Shown in pieces: positions 12,651-25,121 of a stretch of 64,000 bases of DNA. The translations under genes were made by a program, and so were the position numbers. The number at the start of each line of letters is the position of its first letter. Within the stretch, counting starts at the first letter, position 1. The stretch is from Phyllobates terribilis (taxonomy: Eukaryota). The notes beneath the pieces were generated by a model. That model did not search any database, was not told where the DNA came from, and worked only from the letters and a program-made list of their open reading frames with translations. The stretch covers positions 190,092,001 to 190,156,000 of the forward strand of contig NW_027362762.1 of assembly GCF_046119375.1 (NCBI RefSeq). Reading direction: 5' to 3'.

Positions 12651-13739
12651 TATAAATACAAAGGTATTCATTAAACCACTCAGATACTAAAATACATACT
12701 TAGTTGAAAATTTTTTAAACATACTACACAAACATGGGATTTAAAGAGGAAGAATCAAGTAAACAGGATGGTAGATCCAAGTAAAATGGTCAGTATTCAC
12801 AGCTATAACATATTAAATATGGCTACCATTCACATAAACAGTATGACACAAGTAAGGAAAAGCAAAACCATACTTTGAATAGTGAAGTGTCACTGCTTAC
12901 CTATGATGTGATATCAGGACCACCCTGACGCACGTTTTGCACAGGTGCTTTCTCAAGGGGAGTGTCTGAATAGTCGTAGGTGAGTATATAAATACTCTCC
13001 TGTGTTTCAGAGGAATCATACCTTAAGACAAGTTTGGCACAAGGAGAAAAGTCTGCTGGGCAGACCCTCTCTTTCTTGGCTTGATTGTGTGTAGAAAGCG
13101 ACCAGTCAGATATATTGCATAATTGACAGTTTTTTTCATTTTATTCTGAAACATGGCAGCATTTCAGAATGAATGACATATCTCCAATGATGGAGCTTAT
13201 CTGGATTTCATACCTGTAGTTTGAGCAGCATGTATCCCCTGGCAAGTTCCCCTTTATGCCCGTAGAACCTAGAATGACAGTTCGGTCCGTTTGTTTTTTC
13301 TGATATGATCCTGTTCCTTTTTGGCTTTTAAATCATGTAAATGAACTAGTAGAATTGGGTAGTTCGAGCTAATTTTTCTCTTTAAATCCTTTTATTATTT
13401 TTGCATGCTAGACCCGATCTTATTGGTTTTATATAGATCAGAACTTCCCTTTTTAAGCAAAGTGTTTAAATGCGCAGTGCATTGTGTGATGGGACAGCTC
13501 TAGTTTGTCGTGGCTCCTATGTACATTCCCTCAGCGATCCTAGCCATGACTACAGGAAGTGGTTGAGGAACATCCATTCTTTGTGGATAGCTCTTGATGA
13601 AAGTTGGGGCATTTTAGTCGTGGGTTTCATTTGAACATGGAGTATCATGAGTAGTGACGATGTTCTACTATTTAGAAATCTTTTCCTTCCCTCCTTTTTT
13701 AATGTGTTTTTTTTTTTTTTTTTTTTTTTTGTGTGACAG

Positions 13740-13846
13740 GTTCATCCTGACAAAAACAATCATCCTCGAGCAGAAGAAGCTTTTAAAGTTTTACGGGCTG
13801 CATGGGATACTGTCAGTAACCCAGATAAGAGAAAAGAGTATGAAAT
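13740..13846 (+). CDS. DNAJC14: DNAJC14 coding exon 2 (HPD motif)
   Basis: AG acceptor and GT donor; VHPDKNNHPRAEEAFKVLRAAWDTVSNPDKRKEYE. Confidence 0.97.
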
Positions 13847-15039
13847 GTAAGTGCACAGAGCTGAGGATCTCTTACAAGACCTTGATGATAATGGGCTTCC
13901 TCTAGGAGACCAAGACTTCTTTTCTTAGTGACTTTGATGGAAATGCCTCTTGAGTGACAGCTGCCCTGAACTAGGCAAAGCATCAACATGAAAATTAAGT
14001 GTCACATAAGCCACAAAAGTAAAGGAAATCTTAGACTGACAGGTTTTTAAGTAGCATTGACACAGCTCTGTACATGTGCAGGCAACAAATTTCCAGTGTA
14101 TTCCACAAATAGAGCGCTGGAGCCTTGTAAGTAATGGCCACTTTCCTACACTTGGGCCCCATGGACACAACAGAACCATGTGCATGGGGGGGGTATATGG
14201 CTCATTAGTATGGAGCTGCTCTGACACTTTGTGTGCCATATAGATATATTCTCTGTTAGAAGCTCCATGCATAGCTGATGGAAAAAACACCTCTGTATAA
14301 AATGAATGTCATGCTAGGGTACTAAACCTGAGTGGGTTGCCTATTACGGCTCCGTACGAAAGAGAGCTGTAATACAGTCGTCTGAATTATGCCTAAAACT
14401 ATTTCTGTCCTAATGTTTTGCATGACTCTCATGATGCATGTTCTAATATTTTATCATTTAACTACTCGGCTTCACTACAACTTCACCTCCTTTTGCTTTT
14501 AGGATTAGTGAGTAATTTTAGCGATTAAAATGTTATAGCATGTCCCCAAAAATATTTTATACTTTTCAGAATGTGAAAATAGCAGTGTCGGTGGACATTC
14601 ACTTATGTCAAATCTCAGCTGGAATATTAATGTAATGCATCTGATTGTTAAATGTCTTACTGTAGATTGATTAACTCATTCACAGGCCCATTGAAGGGCT
14701 TTTCTGCTTTGGAACTCTCCCCCCCCCCCCCCCCCTAAAATAAGCTTGGGTTGTTCAGCTAATAGGACTCCTAGTAATCTTTGTCAAGAACCGCCAGCAG
14801 TTTGGTGGATGCACAAGAAGAGAAATGAGGCTTTACATGTGCATGTTGGCATCCATGGGTTATCGATGGAATACACTGATTGCCTGTGTTCTCTTATCCT
14901 AGGTGGCTGTGATTTGCTCCAACTATAGATGAGACCCTGATCAGGGGCCATTCTTTAGCCGTGAATAAAAGAAAAACTTTTCAGTATCCTGTATGCATCA
15001 CATATACTATAGGAATTCTTCTTTATTCCGTAGAGATAT

Positions 15040-15330
15040 CCTGAAAAGCCGAAGCACAAAGGCAATAGGTTCTTGATGAAAGGACTTGATCTTTATTCCA
15101 TATTAGTTAAAATCATGACCGGAAGATAATAAAGGTAACATTTCAGCCATAATTGGCTTTTCTCTAAAATACAGAGCTGGAGCTGTATTTTTTATTTTTT
15201 TTTAAGGCTTGACAGAGGCCAATTATGGCCGAAACGTTGCCTTTTTTGTCTTCCTTTCATTATTTTAAGTAATTTGGAATAAGAATCAAGTCTTTTATCA
15301 ATAACCTATTGCCTTGGTGCCTCGGCTATT
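15040..15330. repeat. Palindromic element with a hammerhead-like motif on each arm (Penelope-associated type)
   Basis: Imperfect inverted arms 15040-15165 and 15200-15330; AAGGC-TTGACAGA-GGCC-AATTAT-GGCC-GAAACGTT-GCCTT at 15204-15243. Confidence 0.6.
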
Positions 15331-16175
15331 CGGGATTCTATATTGCTTTTGGACCCGGTGGGAGGTCCTGCCGAGCTAAGATCAGATTTGGTCAATAGTG
15401 CATATAAATCTACTACTGTCCTTCTTTATTCCAGCTGTGCCGATTCTTGTTCATCAGTATGGATGAGATGTGAGGAATGGCAGTGCTGGAGTGAAGAATC
15501 CATGTGATGATTTTATTGAAAATGTTTTATTTTACTGCTTTGGCAGCATAGAATGCCATTTATGTGTGACCTATATACTCAGTTTTATATGAAGTAGTTG
15601 CTGTAGTTCTAGTTAAGATACCAAGGTGAGCAGAGACTACATGAGTTGTTAGCTTGACATGTGTTTTTTTTTTTATACATGGGAGCGAAGAAACCTGCTG
15701 TGGACTAATAGATGGATCCAGTGTATTTGTGACAAGACCACCTGTATGGGGTGGTGATATAAAGACTGCTATGCATATGTATACATAACAGCTAGTCATT
15801 CACTGGACTGTGCAAGGGGGGCACTCTTCTCATGGATACACCAGACCTGTAGGGGTTAGACGTTCTCCAGAATCAAGAAAAAAATTACAAATGGCAGGGA
15901 AAGTGCTAAAATAAACAAAAAAAAAAAATTCATTGCCTTTTGTAACTTTTTCTTCCTTTGGAAGCCCCCATTAATGTACCTGCATTTACACTTTATGCTT
16001 CTTTTCCTTTCTTGTTAGATTGTTAACTATACCTGTATTGTAAGAAAGAAAGAGAGCCTATTTTGCTATGCTCCAAGCACAAAACATAATTTGAGTAATG
16101 GAAGCAGCAAATGTAAAGATTCCCACGGATACAAAATCTGATACCTTTCTAATATCTTCATCTGTTTGTTTCAAG

Positions 16176-16295
16176 GAAGCGAATGTCGGAAACTGAGCTG
16201 GCGAAGTCCATGAATGAATTTCTCACCAAGCTGCAGGACGATCTAAAGGAGGCAATGAACAGCATGATGTGCAGCAAGTGTCAGGGAAAGCACAG
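16176..16295 (+). CDS. DNAJC14: DNAJC14 coding exon 3
   Basis: KRMSETELAKSMNEFLTKLQDDLKEAMNSMMCSKCQGKHR; splice phases match neighbouring exons. Confidence 0.97.
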
Positions 16296-17508
16296 GTACA
16301 GTGCAGGCAGCATACAGGAATCTCACAGCATGGCCAATGTCACACAAGTGGAATAAGAGCATGTTTCTGCAGTTATACCGGGATTTGTCTGTAAAACAGG
16401 AGCAGAAATACGCTCATATCATGGTTGTATAAAATTAGTCAAATGATAAATTCCACTTGGAATGAGCTGTAAGGAGCGTTCTAACTAGGGGCAATCAGAG
16501 ATTAAAGCCCTTTTTTTAAAAAAAAGTAAAAATAAATAAATACACATATAATATAATTAAATACATAAACACTATGTTTGGGGCTAGAAGAGGTGCCCAG
16601 ATTTTAGTCAACAGGAATAATAATTTTGCACACACATTCTTGGTGATCTAAGTGAAGTGATTAAATGGGTATTCCGCTTTCAAGAAGTTATCCAAAGAAT
16701 AACTCCTAGATCAGTGTGAGTCCGATCATTCAGACTTCCACTGTTCACCGAAGCGGTGTATTTTTCTCCATTGTCTGAATGGAGTGACAATTTGCAAGCT
16801 CAGCCACCACCCTGTTCATTCTCTATGGGACTGCCAGAGGAGGCCCAGTACATGCTCTGCTTTCCCTGTACACCAGGAAAGATTCTGCTCCTGTCTACTG
16901 CCAGATCCTGTTCACATCACTTTTGTGATGTACTTTTAGCTTGTATATTGGGAAGGCTTAATGGTCCTATGAGCCTGTCCGTTGCTTTCATGTATATGGA
17001 CAATATATATTTGTCTCCGCTGCATACATGCGTGCTTATGTTATTTGCAGAGTACTGTTGCATAATGTTTTTGTGCGTATGTAAATTCTGGAAAGTAAAA
17101 ATGCTTTTAAAAAAGTGTTAAAATGTAAAAAATATGTAAGTTTGTTCTAAAATATTCCCTTTAATTGATAAGAAGGTTTTTGCCACCTCATCTGAGATCA
17201 ACATGATGTAGAGAAAGATGCCCTGAATCCAACGATGTATCACTTCTTTTACTTGATGCAGCCATTCTGACTTTGAGTTTTTAGATTTAGCGATGAAGCA
17301 GAGCTGAGAAAGCTAACCCCTCCCACACCACAGCTAACACCGCCGACACCAGGCTCTCTATGTACATAGTCTATAGACAATGAGCTGGTTATCACAGAAG
17401 AGGACAGAGTCTGACTTGCAAGCACAAGTTAGTGCTTGCAGGTCAGCAGCTTGCAAGGCTAGTTAGTCCAGCAATGTTGATCATAATGTGATTAAAGCTT
17501 CACTCTAA

Positions 17509-17824
17509 GGGCTCATACATGCAAGAAAAACAGACGAGTGCAATCCGATAAAAAATCGGATTGCACTCTGACCAATGTTATTCAGTGAGTTACATCTTAT
17601 CTGCGTTTTTTTTTTTTTTTACGGATACATCACCACTCCGTAAATGATCCTGTAAATGATTTCAGAATAATAGTTGCAGAGAAAAAAATGCATTGCATAC
17701 GGATGTCATACGGATGCTAGGGGTGAAAAATCGCATTGTCCTCTCCTGAAAATCGCATGACACTCTTCCGATTTTTCTGTCCAGATATCAGAACGTTATT
17801 TTTCACACATATGGGTATGAGCCC
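17509..17824. mobile_element. PIF/Harbinger MITE nested in a T2/Kolobok-type MITE (~17170-17939)
   Basis: TIRs GGGCTCATAC/GTATGAGCCC; TAA TSD on both sides; host element ends GACAGATTCCCT-TTAA. Confidence 0.8.
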
Positions 17825-18019
17825 TAAGTATACAACCCCACACAGCTGAACATGTGACCCATCCTTGAGTTCAGTGTGTTAACTCCTATCTCACGGTGTC
17901 CTCAATTTACATAGCAAAAACCTGCTGACAGATTCCCTTTAACAAAGAATAAAGAAAAAATAAATCTAAATAAAATCAATATATGTTGTGATTGCCCTTT
18001 GCCTTCAAATCAGCATTAA

Positions 18020-18385
18020 AGGGGTATTCCCAGCTCAAAGATCTTATTTCAATATGTACTAGGTGTAAAATTAATATTCGTAATTACCTCCAATTAGATA
18101 TTCTGTATAGTGAGTTTTTAGTTGTATCGCTTACCCCATGTGCAGGATATTGCAGTCACTCAGATATACATGGTTATGGCCTCTATGGCGTTCTTGGCCG
18201 CTTTTGCGCAGTTAGAAGGGAGTTCATCATTATCACTGGCCGAGTTCTCAGGAGCTCACATAGTTAGTCTGCTCAGTAGCTCCCTCCCTGTACAGAATAT
18301 GTAATTGGAGGTAATTACTAATATTATTATTATTATTACACCTAGTACATATTAAAATAGGATCTTTGAGATGGGAATACCCCTT
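18020..18385. mobile_element. T2/Kolobok-type MITE inserted into a Tc1 remnant
   Basis: TTAA flanks; ~95-bp TIRs starting AGGGGTATTCCC; flanks rejoin as Tc1-like CAGCAT(TAA)TTCTTCTAGGTACA. Confidence 0.8.
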
Positions 18386-18714
18386 TTAATTCTTCTAGGT
18401 ACATTTTCACAAAGTCAAGGACTTTGTGGAATTATAGTCAGGTGTATGAGTAATCAATTATACAGGTGATTAAGGATTATTTTCATATGTATGGTGAAAG
18501 TCATTAACAGAAACTGATGTGTAGGAGGCTTAAACTGGTTGAGGATCATCCAAACTCTTGCCACAAACGGGAGTTTGACAAAAAACGTTTGTCACTGGTC
18601 GTACACAGTGGCCTGACTGAGCACCGCAACAAGACACAAGGTAGTTATACTTCATCAGCAATTTTTCTCAGAGGCAAAGATTTCAAAAAGAACTGGGGTT
18701 TTAACAAGCTGCTG

Positions 18715-21385
18715 TTTATTTTTAGATCACCATTGATATTGTGGTGCTGTACATAAGTAGGGCTTACATACAGTATACAAATATCTAACACAGTTAACAA
18801 ACTAACAATGACAGACTTGCACACATGGGAGAGTGCCCTGCCTTTGCGGGCTTACAGTCTATAGTATGATGGGGAAGGAGACCGTAGGTTGGGGGGTTCC
18901 AGCAGCTTCGGTGTTGGTGAGGTGGCAGCAAGATCATTGCAGGCTGTAAGCTTTATTAGAGAGATGGGTTTTCAAGTTCAGTCTGAAGTTTCTGATTGTG
19001 GCAGATAGTCTGATGTGTTGGGGCACAGAATTCCAGAGAATGCTGGACACTCGGGAGAAATCTTGGAGGTGATTGGGTGAGGACCGTATGAGTGTGGAGG
19101 ACCGGAGGTTGCGTGTTGGAAGTTATCAGGAGATTAGTTCGGAGATATGCAGAGGAGATAGATTATGGACGGCTTTGTAGGTCAGGGTTGGCAGTTTGAA
19201 CTGAATACGTAAGGGAATTGGGAGCCAATGAGGGGATTTGCAGAAGAGTAGTGAGGAGAGAGGTGGATTAGTCGGGAAGCTGGGTTAATGATGGACTTGA
19301 GAAGTGCGAGAGTGTTAGCAGGGAGGCCACACAGGAGGATATTGCAGTGGTCGAGGCAGGAGCTGATTAGGTCATGTACTAACATTTTAGTTGATTCAGG
19401 GTTGAGGAAAGGATTGGTTCTGGAAATATTTTTTGAGTTCAAGGAGACAGGAGGTGGCGAGAGCTTGGATATGCGGTTTGAAGGACACTACTACAGAGTT
19501 GAGGGTAACTCTGAGGCATTGGACTTCTGGTACTGCGGAAAGGGTGGTGTCTAGTGATGAGCGAGTATGTTTTGTTAACCGTTTTGCTGAGTATACTCGG
19601 CCGAGCACCAAGTATTTACAGCGTGCTCGGGCTTTAAGTTTTCGTCGCTCTGTGAACATGATTTGCAACTGTTTGACTGATTTAATACATGTGAGGAATG
19701 CTGGAAAAACAGGCATTCCTCACATGTATTAAATCTGTCAAATAGTTGCAAATCATGTTCACGGAGTGACGAAAACTTAAAGCCCGAGCACGCTGTAAAT
19801 ACTTGGTGCTCGGCTGAGTATACTCAGCAAAAGGGTTAACAAAACATACTCGCTCATCACTAGTGGTGTCATTAATTGTGATAGATGAATAGATCGGGTA
19901 GGGGGGTTAGGCAAGATGCAGGAAAGATGATGAGTTCTGTTTTGTCCACGTTGAATTTTAGGAAGTAGGAGGAGGATATACGCGATAGACACTCTGGGAT
20001 TCTGGACAGCATAGAGGTGACATCTGGGCCAGGGAGGTAGATCTGAGTGTCATCAGCATATAAGCTGTAATGGAAGCCATACGACTTTGAGCTGTCCTAG
20101 GCCAAAAGAATAGATTGAGAAAAGTAGGGGTCCCAGAACAGAGCCTTGAGGGACATCAACAGAGAAAGGGCGGGGTGAGGTGGTATTATTGGAATAGGAG
20201 ACACTAAATGTGCAGTTAGAAAGATATGAGGAGTTCTAGGAGAGAGCCAGGTCCGTGATGCCAAGGGAAGAGAGGATTTGTAGTAGCAGGGAGTGGTCGA
20301 TTGTGTCAAAGGCAGAGGACCGGTCTAGAAGGAGGAGTATAGAGAATTGTCTGCTAGCTTTGGCTTTAAGTAAGTAGTTAGTAATTTTGGTCAGAGCAGT
20401 TTTGGTGAAGTGGTGGGGACAGAAGCCAGACTAGGTTGTCAAAGAGTGAGTTCGATGCGCAGTGGGAGGAATGTTCAGCATAGACATGCTGTTCAAGGAG
20501 TTTGGAGGTGAACAGGAGCAGCGATATTGGACGAAAGCGGGATATAGACGTCTGGTTGAGGGATGGTTTATTCAGGATAGGTGTGATTGTACAAGTGGTG
20601 AAGTGGGATTTGGAGAGGAGATGAGAAAGTTCTCCTTCAGTGATGGTGGGGAGGAAGGTTATGGGGAAGGGCAGTGGGCTATTATAGGTAGGGGTTGTGG
20701 TGGTTGTGCAGTAAAGACTTGTCTAGTTTGGTCAACCTTATTTTTGAAATGTGCGGCAAAGTCTTTTGCAGAGATGAGGGGGCGGAGGAGGGAGTTTAAG
20801 GTGTTGAATAGCTGTTTATGGTTGTGGGATAAAGCAAGGGTTGTGGGATACAAGGGTGGTGAAGTAGTCTTGTTTAGCAGAGGTGAGGGCTGACTTGAAT
20901 GGGAGAGTTGCTTTTTTGAGTGCAGTGAAGTCTTCTTGCTATTGCGCTTTCTTCCAGCGCGGCTCCACAACCCTGGACACGCGCCAAAGCTTTTTAGTGA
21001 GGTTATTGTGCCAGGGTTGTCTTTTGACACTTCGTAATCTGTCATGCACGAGAGGGGCTGCCGGGTCAATAACTGATGCGGGTGTGGTGTTGTAGAAAAC
21101 AGTGGCACGGTCTGTCATGGAGTGAAGATATGGAGGACAGTGGTAGAATAGAGGGAGAGTGTGTATCTAGATGTGGGCGGTTTCTTCAGGGGTGTTCTAG
21201 TTGCTGGACATGGGTGGCAGATGAGGAGGACCAGGATGAGAAGGTGAGTAGATGGTGGTCAGGTAGGGGGAGAGGTGAGGTTAGATGGGGAGCAGAGGCA
21301 GATGAAGATTAGGTCTAATGTATGTGCGTCACTGTGGGTGGCTGCAGAGGACCACTGTGTAAGGCCAAAGGATGAAGCAAGTGTC
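18715..21385 (-). mobile_element. 5'-truncated L2/CR1-type LINE, degenerate
   Basis: Minus-strand pieces resembling APE (THS..TLDL) and RT; L2-type 3' tail near 18715-18760; interrupted by a hAT MITE. Confidence 0.85.
19552..19862. mobile_element. Fully palindromic hAT MITE
   Basis: TAGTGATGAGC termini; 8-bp TSD GTGGTGTC (19544-19551 and 19863-19870). Confidence 0.9.
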
Positions 21386-21439
21386 AGGCAATGTCATTAA
21401 GAACTGTCTTCAGTGTAAAAAAAAAAACAAGAAGTCCTA

Positions 21440-21813
21440 GAAGTGATATGGCCTCCACAGAGCCTGCATCTCGTCACCAAGTCATTCTGGGGATACATTA
21501 AGATACAGATGGATTTGCACAAGACTATGTCCACAGAAGATCTGTGCTTAGTTCTCCAAGATGTTTGGTACAACCTCCCTGCCGAGATCCTTCAAAATCT
21601 TTGTGCAAGTTTACCTAGAAGAATTAAAATGCAGTTTTCAAGACAAAGGGAAGTCGCACCAAATATTGTTTTGATTTAGATTGCTCTTTTTCTTCATTCA
21701 CTCTGCATTTTGTTAATTGCTAAAAAATAAACGTAACACTTTTTTTTATTGTTTAAATATTATTACTTTGCAGCATTTTTTCCACACCTGCCTAAAATGT
21801 TTACACAGTACTG
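21440..21813 (+). mobile_element. Tc1 3' remnant
   Basis: WPPQS..LVLQDVW.NLP.E.LQ.LCASLPRRI, then a TIR-like end ACACAGTACTG-TA. Confidence 0.7.
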
Positions 21814-22315
21814 TATATCCAGCTGCTACACATATCTGTGCATGGGCCTCAAATGAACTGGACTAGTATAGACTCTAGTTATACAGTGTTCTAAATAAAA
21901 AAGTATTGGAAGCATGAGTGGGTATGGTGCATGAACACCAGAAGAAGCCACTTCCTTCAGAACACAGTGTAAAAAATATAGACATTAGCCAGCACATCTT
22001 TAGTATTAAGTGAATACATAGGTACAAATATGGTGTCTGCTTTGCAAACATATATATGCAACAGGCACCCGCACACTGATAACATTGTACACATGAATTC
22101 CACATGTGTAAGCAACATGTAATTTATCCTGGCTAACTTTTTACATTTTGGCATTGTTTGGCTGTTGGAGTTTCCAAAGAATTATGAATTACCTACCCAT
22201 CTTTCCAAGATAGTTTTTAATTATAGCAAAGTTCCATATATCTTGGCTTGGCGTAATGTACAATAAAAAATTGATATTGTGGTACAGTGTTGGCCATAAA
22301 AATCTATGTAAATAC

Positions 22316-22427
22316 TTTTATGCCCAAAAATAACAAAAGTATTCTAGGAGTGATACCTTTTTTACTTATTGGCTAACCAGAATAATTATCACTCCTAGAA
22401 TACTTTTGTCATTTTTGGGCATAAAAG
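22316..22427. repeat. Inverted repeat with ~42-bp arms
   Basis: TTTTATGCCCAAAAAT.ACAAAAGTATTCTAGGAGTGATA followed by its reverse complement. Confidence 0.8.
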
Positions 22428-23037
22428 TATTTGCAGGGCTTGGCATAGAGAGTTGAGATTTTAGTATGGGGTCATAGTGCACAGTTTGATGTAAGTGTTT
22501 AGGCCCATGAGCCAGAGTGCCTGCATAGTATTTCTTTAAAACTATAGGTAGTTTTGGTATATGTATAATATAATATATCTATTTTTACATTACTGGCCAG
22601 ATAGAGACCAAAAGGATGTACTTTCTCCTCCCTATGGTCAGTATATGACCGATTATGCTATTCCATACAACTTTATCCTTTACCATACATGGCCCGTTAC
22701 ACCGCTGGGGCTTTACTGGGCTGTGAAGAGATTATAGAAAAAGGAAAAAAAACTAAAAAAATAATCCAGCAGCAGTGAGGAAATGTAGGGGGGCTCCTGT
22801 GTTCCCAGCAAGTCAGAGCCCCGCAGCATTGGGGAAGTGTAGGGGGGGCTCCTGAGTTCCCAGCATTCCCTCCTTGGTTAAAATAAGACAAAAAAGTGAG
22901 GATAAATATTCCGTCTTTCCGGAGGACTGAGAAGATCCAGTTTCTCAATAAGGAAATTGAAAATGTATAAATTAATACTGATTTTAGTTCCTATTTTTTT
23001 TAATTCCATTTTTTCTTATTCTTTTCACTGGATGCAG

Positions 23038-23198
23038 GAGATTTGAGATGGACCGGGATCCTGCCAATGCTCGTTACTGTGCTGAATGTGGAAAGATGCA
23101 TCCAGCGGAAGAGGGAGACTTCTGGGCAGAATCCAGTATGCTGGGTCTCAAGATCACCTATTTTGCAATGATGCAAGGGAAAGTGTTTGATATAACAG
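23038..23198 (+). CDS. DNAJC14: DNAJC14 coding exon 4 (Jiv90/Zn-finger region)
   Basis: [53 protein letters not shown]. Confidence 0.97.
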
Positions 23199-23410
23199 GT
23201 GATGAAATGCAGAGAAACCCAGGGCCATTGGGATAAATTATAGATTATTACCACTCACTTAGTTTGTGCCACTCTGATTATCACTTCTTTTTTTTTTTTT
23301 TTTTTTTTTTTTTCCCATTTTGTACGATTGTGACATGCAGTAATTGTAGTTACGTTCTGGAAATCTGTCCTTCTCCAGCTGTTAATATCGCTCCTTTTCA
23401 CCTTCTTTAG

Positions 23411-23513
23411 AGTGGGCAGGATGCCAACGTGTGGGAATCTCCCCAGACACTCACCGGGTTCCGTATCACATTTCATTTGGCTCAAGAAATTCTACAAATG
23501 CAAGCCGGCAAAG
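23411..23513 (+). CDS. DNAJC14: DNAJC14 coding exon 5
   Basis: EWAGCQRVGISPDTHRVPYHISFGSRNSTNASRQR; phases match. Confidence 0.97.
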
Positions 23514-24627
23514 GTTTGGACTATTTAATTGTTGTGGGAAATTGAGGTTGTCTCAAATTGGTAAAATTGAAAACTGCTTGAAAAAAAACAAGCCATTTTG
23601 TAAATTACCTCTTATTAAAAATCCTTTGTACTCAAAAACAGAATTGTTTTTAATTCTATAGTTTAATGCTTGTTGCCTAGGTTACCGGCCACCTCTGCAG
23701 TCTATCTGTGATGGCCAATTTCCTAGGTAAGGAGCACATTCTTGCCCTGAACATGGCAGACAGCTTCAGTGTAACTGTGCTACTCCACTGCTGCAGAGGC
23801 AAAGCATTAATTGCATGCTACAGAGCATAGTTCGGGGCCATGAGCACAGCCATGCCCCTTGTCAGAACAGTCATAAGGAGTGCATCGGGAGTCAGTAGGT
23901 AGGGGAGTGCTGCTCTCCTGAAGATGCAAGAGTAAAAAGCACTAAAACTGTCAGTGGCTGCTTCTTCCTAGAACACTATTGCTGTACTTGCTTTAAAATG
24001 AGTGAAACATTTATTTGAAGGGGTTGTCTACTATTTTTTACATTGATGCCCTATCCATAGGATAGGGCATTGATGTATGATCTTCCGGGGTCCCGCACGC
24101 GGCACCCCTGCTGATCAGCTGTTATCGGTGGTAGCGGCCACCGGCCGGAAGTGCTCACCTTCCGGGCTCCGCCAACAAGTGGTAGTGGCCTGCACATCCG
24201 CCTCCTATTCAATTCAATGGGAGGCAGATGTACAGTACACCACGGCGGCCACTACCACTTGACGGCGGAGCTAAGTCTTACATATTTGGAGTGTACTCCA
24301 GTTTTTTTCACAGACAGGGACAGGAGCACGTTACCAGGTATTCGTAAACGTAACGTCTCTCGTCTCACTCACTTCTTAATGCAAAATTGAGCGAAAAGGG
24401 ACAAATCCTTTCATGCTAGTGTTAAAGGGGTGTCCTGGTCTAAGGTATTGATGGCCGATTCCTATAGTAGTTTTCTGACACCTGGCAGACTCACTGATCT
24501 GGTGGTATTTTTTTTTTCCCTCGTTTTGCATCATAGAGAAATGCAGATGTTAATGTGCTGATGACAGTGGGCACCTTCTTGTGTTGCAGCACAGCTTCAT
24601 TTATTAACTTTTTATGTTCTCCTGCAG

Positions 24628-24859
24628 AGCACCATCAGAAAGCACCCCGACCTCTGTTGCCGATTTACAGAACCTCTTGAGCAGAATATTCCAAGGATCT
24701 CCTGGTCAGATGCCCAATGGGAACATGTTCACACCTCCCCCGCAGCCTCCACCACATGGAGCTCCGTCTCCTTCTGCTCCATCTAAACCTGACCCTGCAT
24801 CCAAGAGTGAAACAAAGTCAAAGCGAAAGAAGAAAATGAGGCGCCCTGTGCCGAGATGA
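24628..24859 (+). CDS. DNAJC14: DNAJC14 last coding exon
   Basis: APSE..ADLQNLLSRIFQ..GQMPNGN..KRKKKMRRPVPR*; total CDS 2121 nt. Confidence 0.95.
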
Positions 24860-25115
24860 GCCCCCTCCATGCATCCAAACTCGAAATGTGAAGAAACAGG
24901 GGTAAAGACATAAGTTGCACAACTTTTGTTTAAACTCATAAGTGTTTAGTGGTTTCCAGTCAGACTGCTGTACACTGACCGGAGCCGAGCTGTCAAGGGC
25001 TTTACACCATTCAAATGAACAAGTATTCTTTTATTTTTTATTCTCGAAATTCTCTGATTGCAGTGGGGACCAGAAAGCTTTCCCTTTGCAAGTACCTTTA
25101 ACAGATCAGATTCTT

Positions 25116-25121
25116 AATAAA
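25116..25121 (+). terminator. Candidate proximal polyadenylation signal of DNAJC14
   Basis: AATAAA about 260 nt after the stop codon. Confidence 0.35.

Noticed and set aside
14718-14735. Poly-C run (G-quadruplex on the minus strand)
   Set aside because: Isolated homopolymer with no supporting context
20462-21312. Plus-strand ORFs of 70-143 aa (also 40387-41301 and 51006-51269)
   Set aside because: Antisense shadows of the L2 elements
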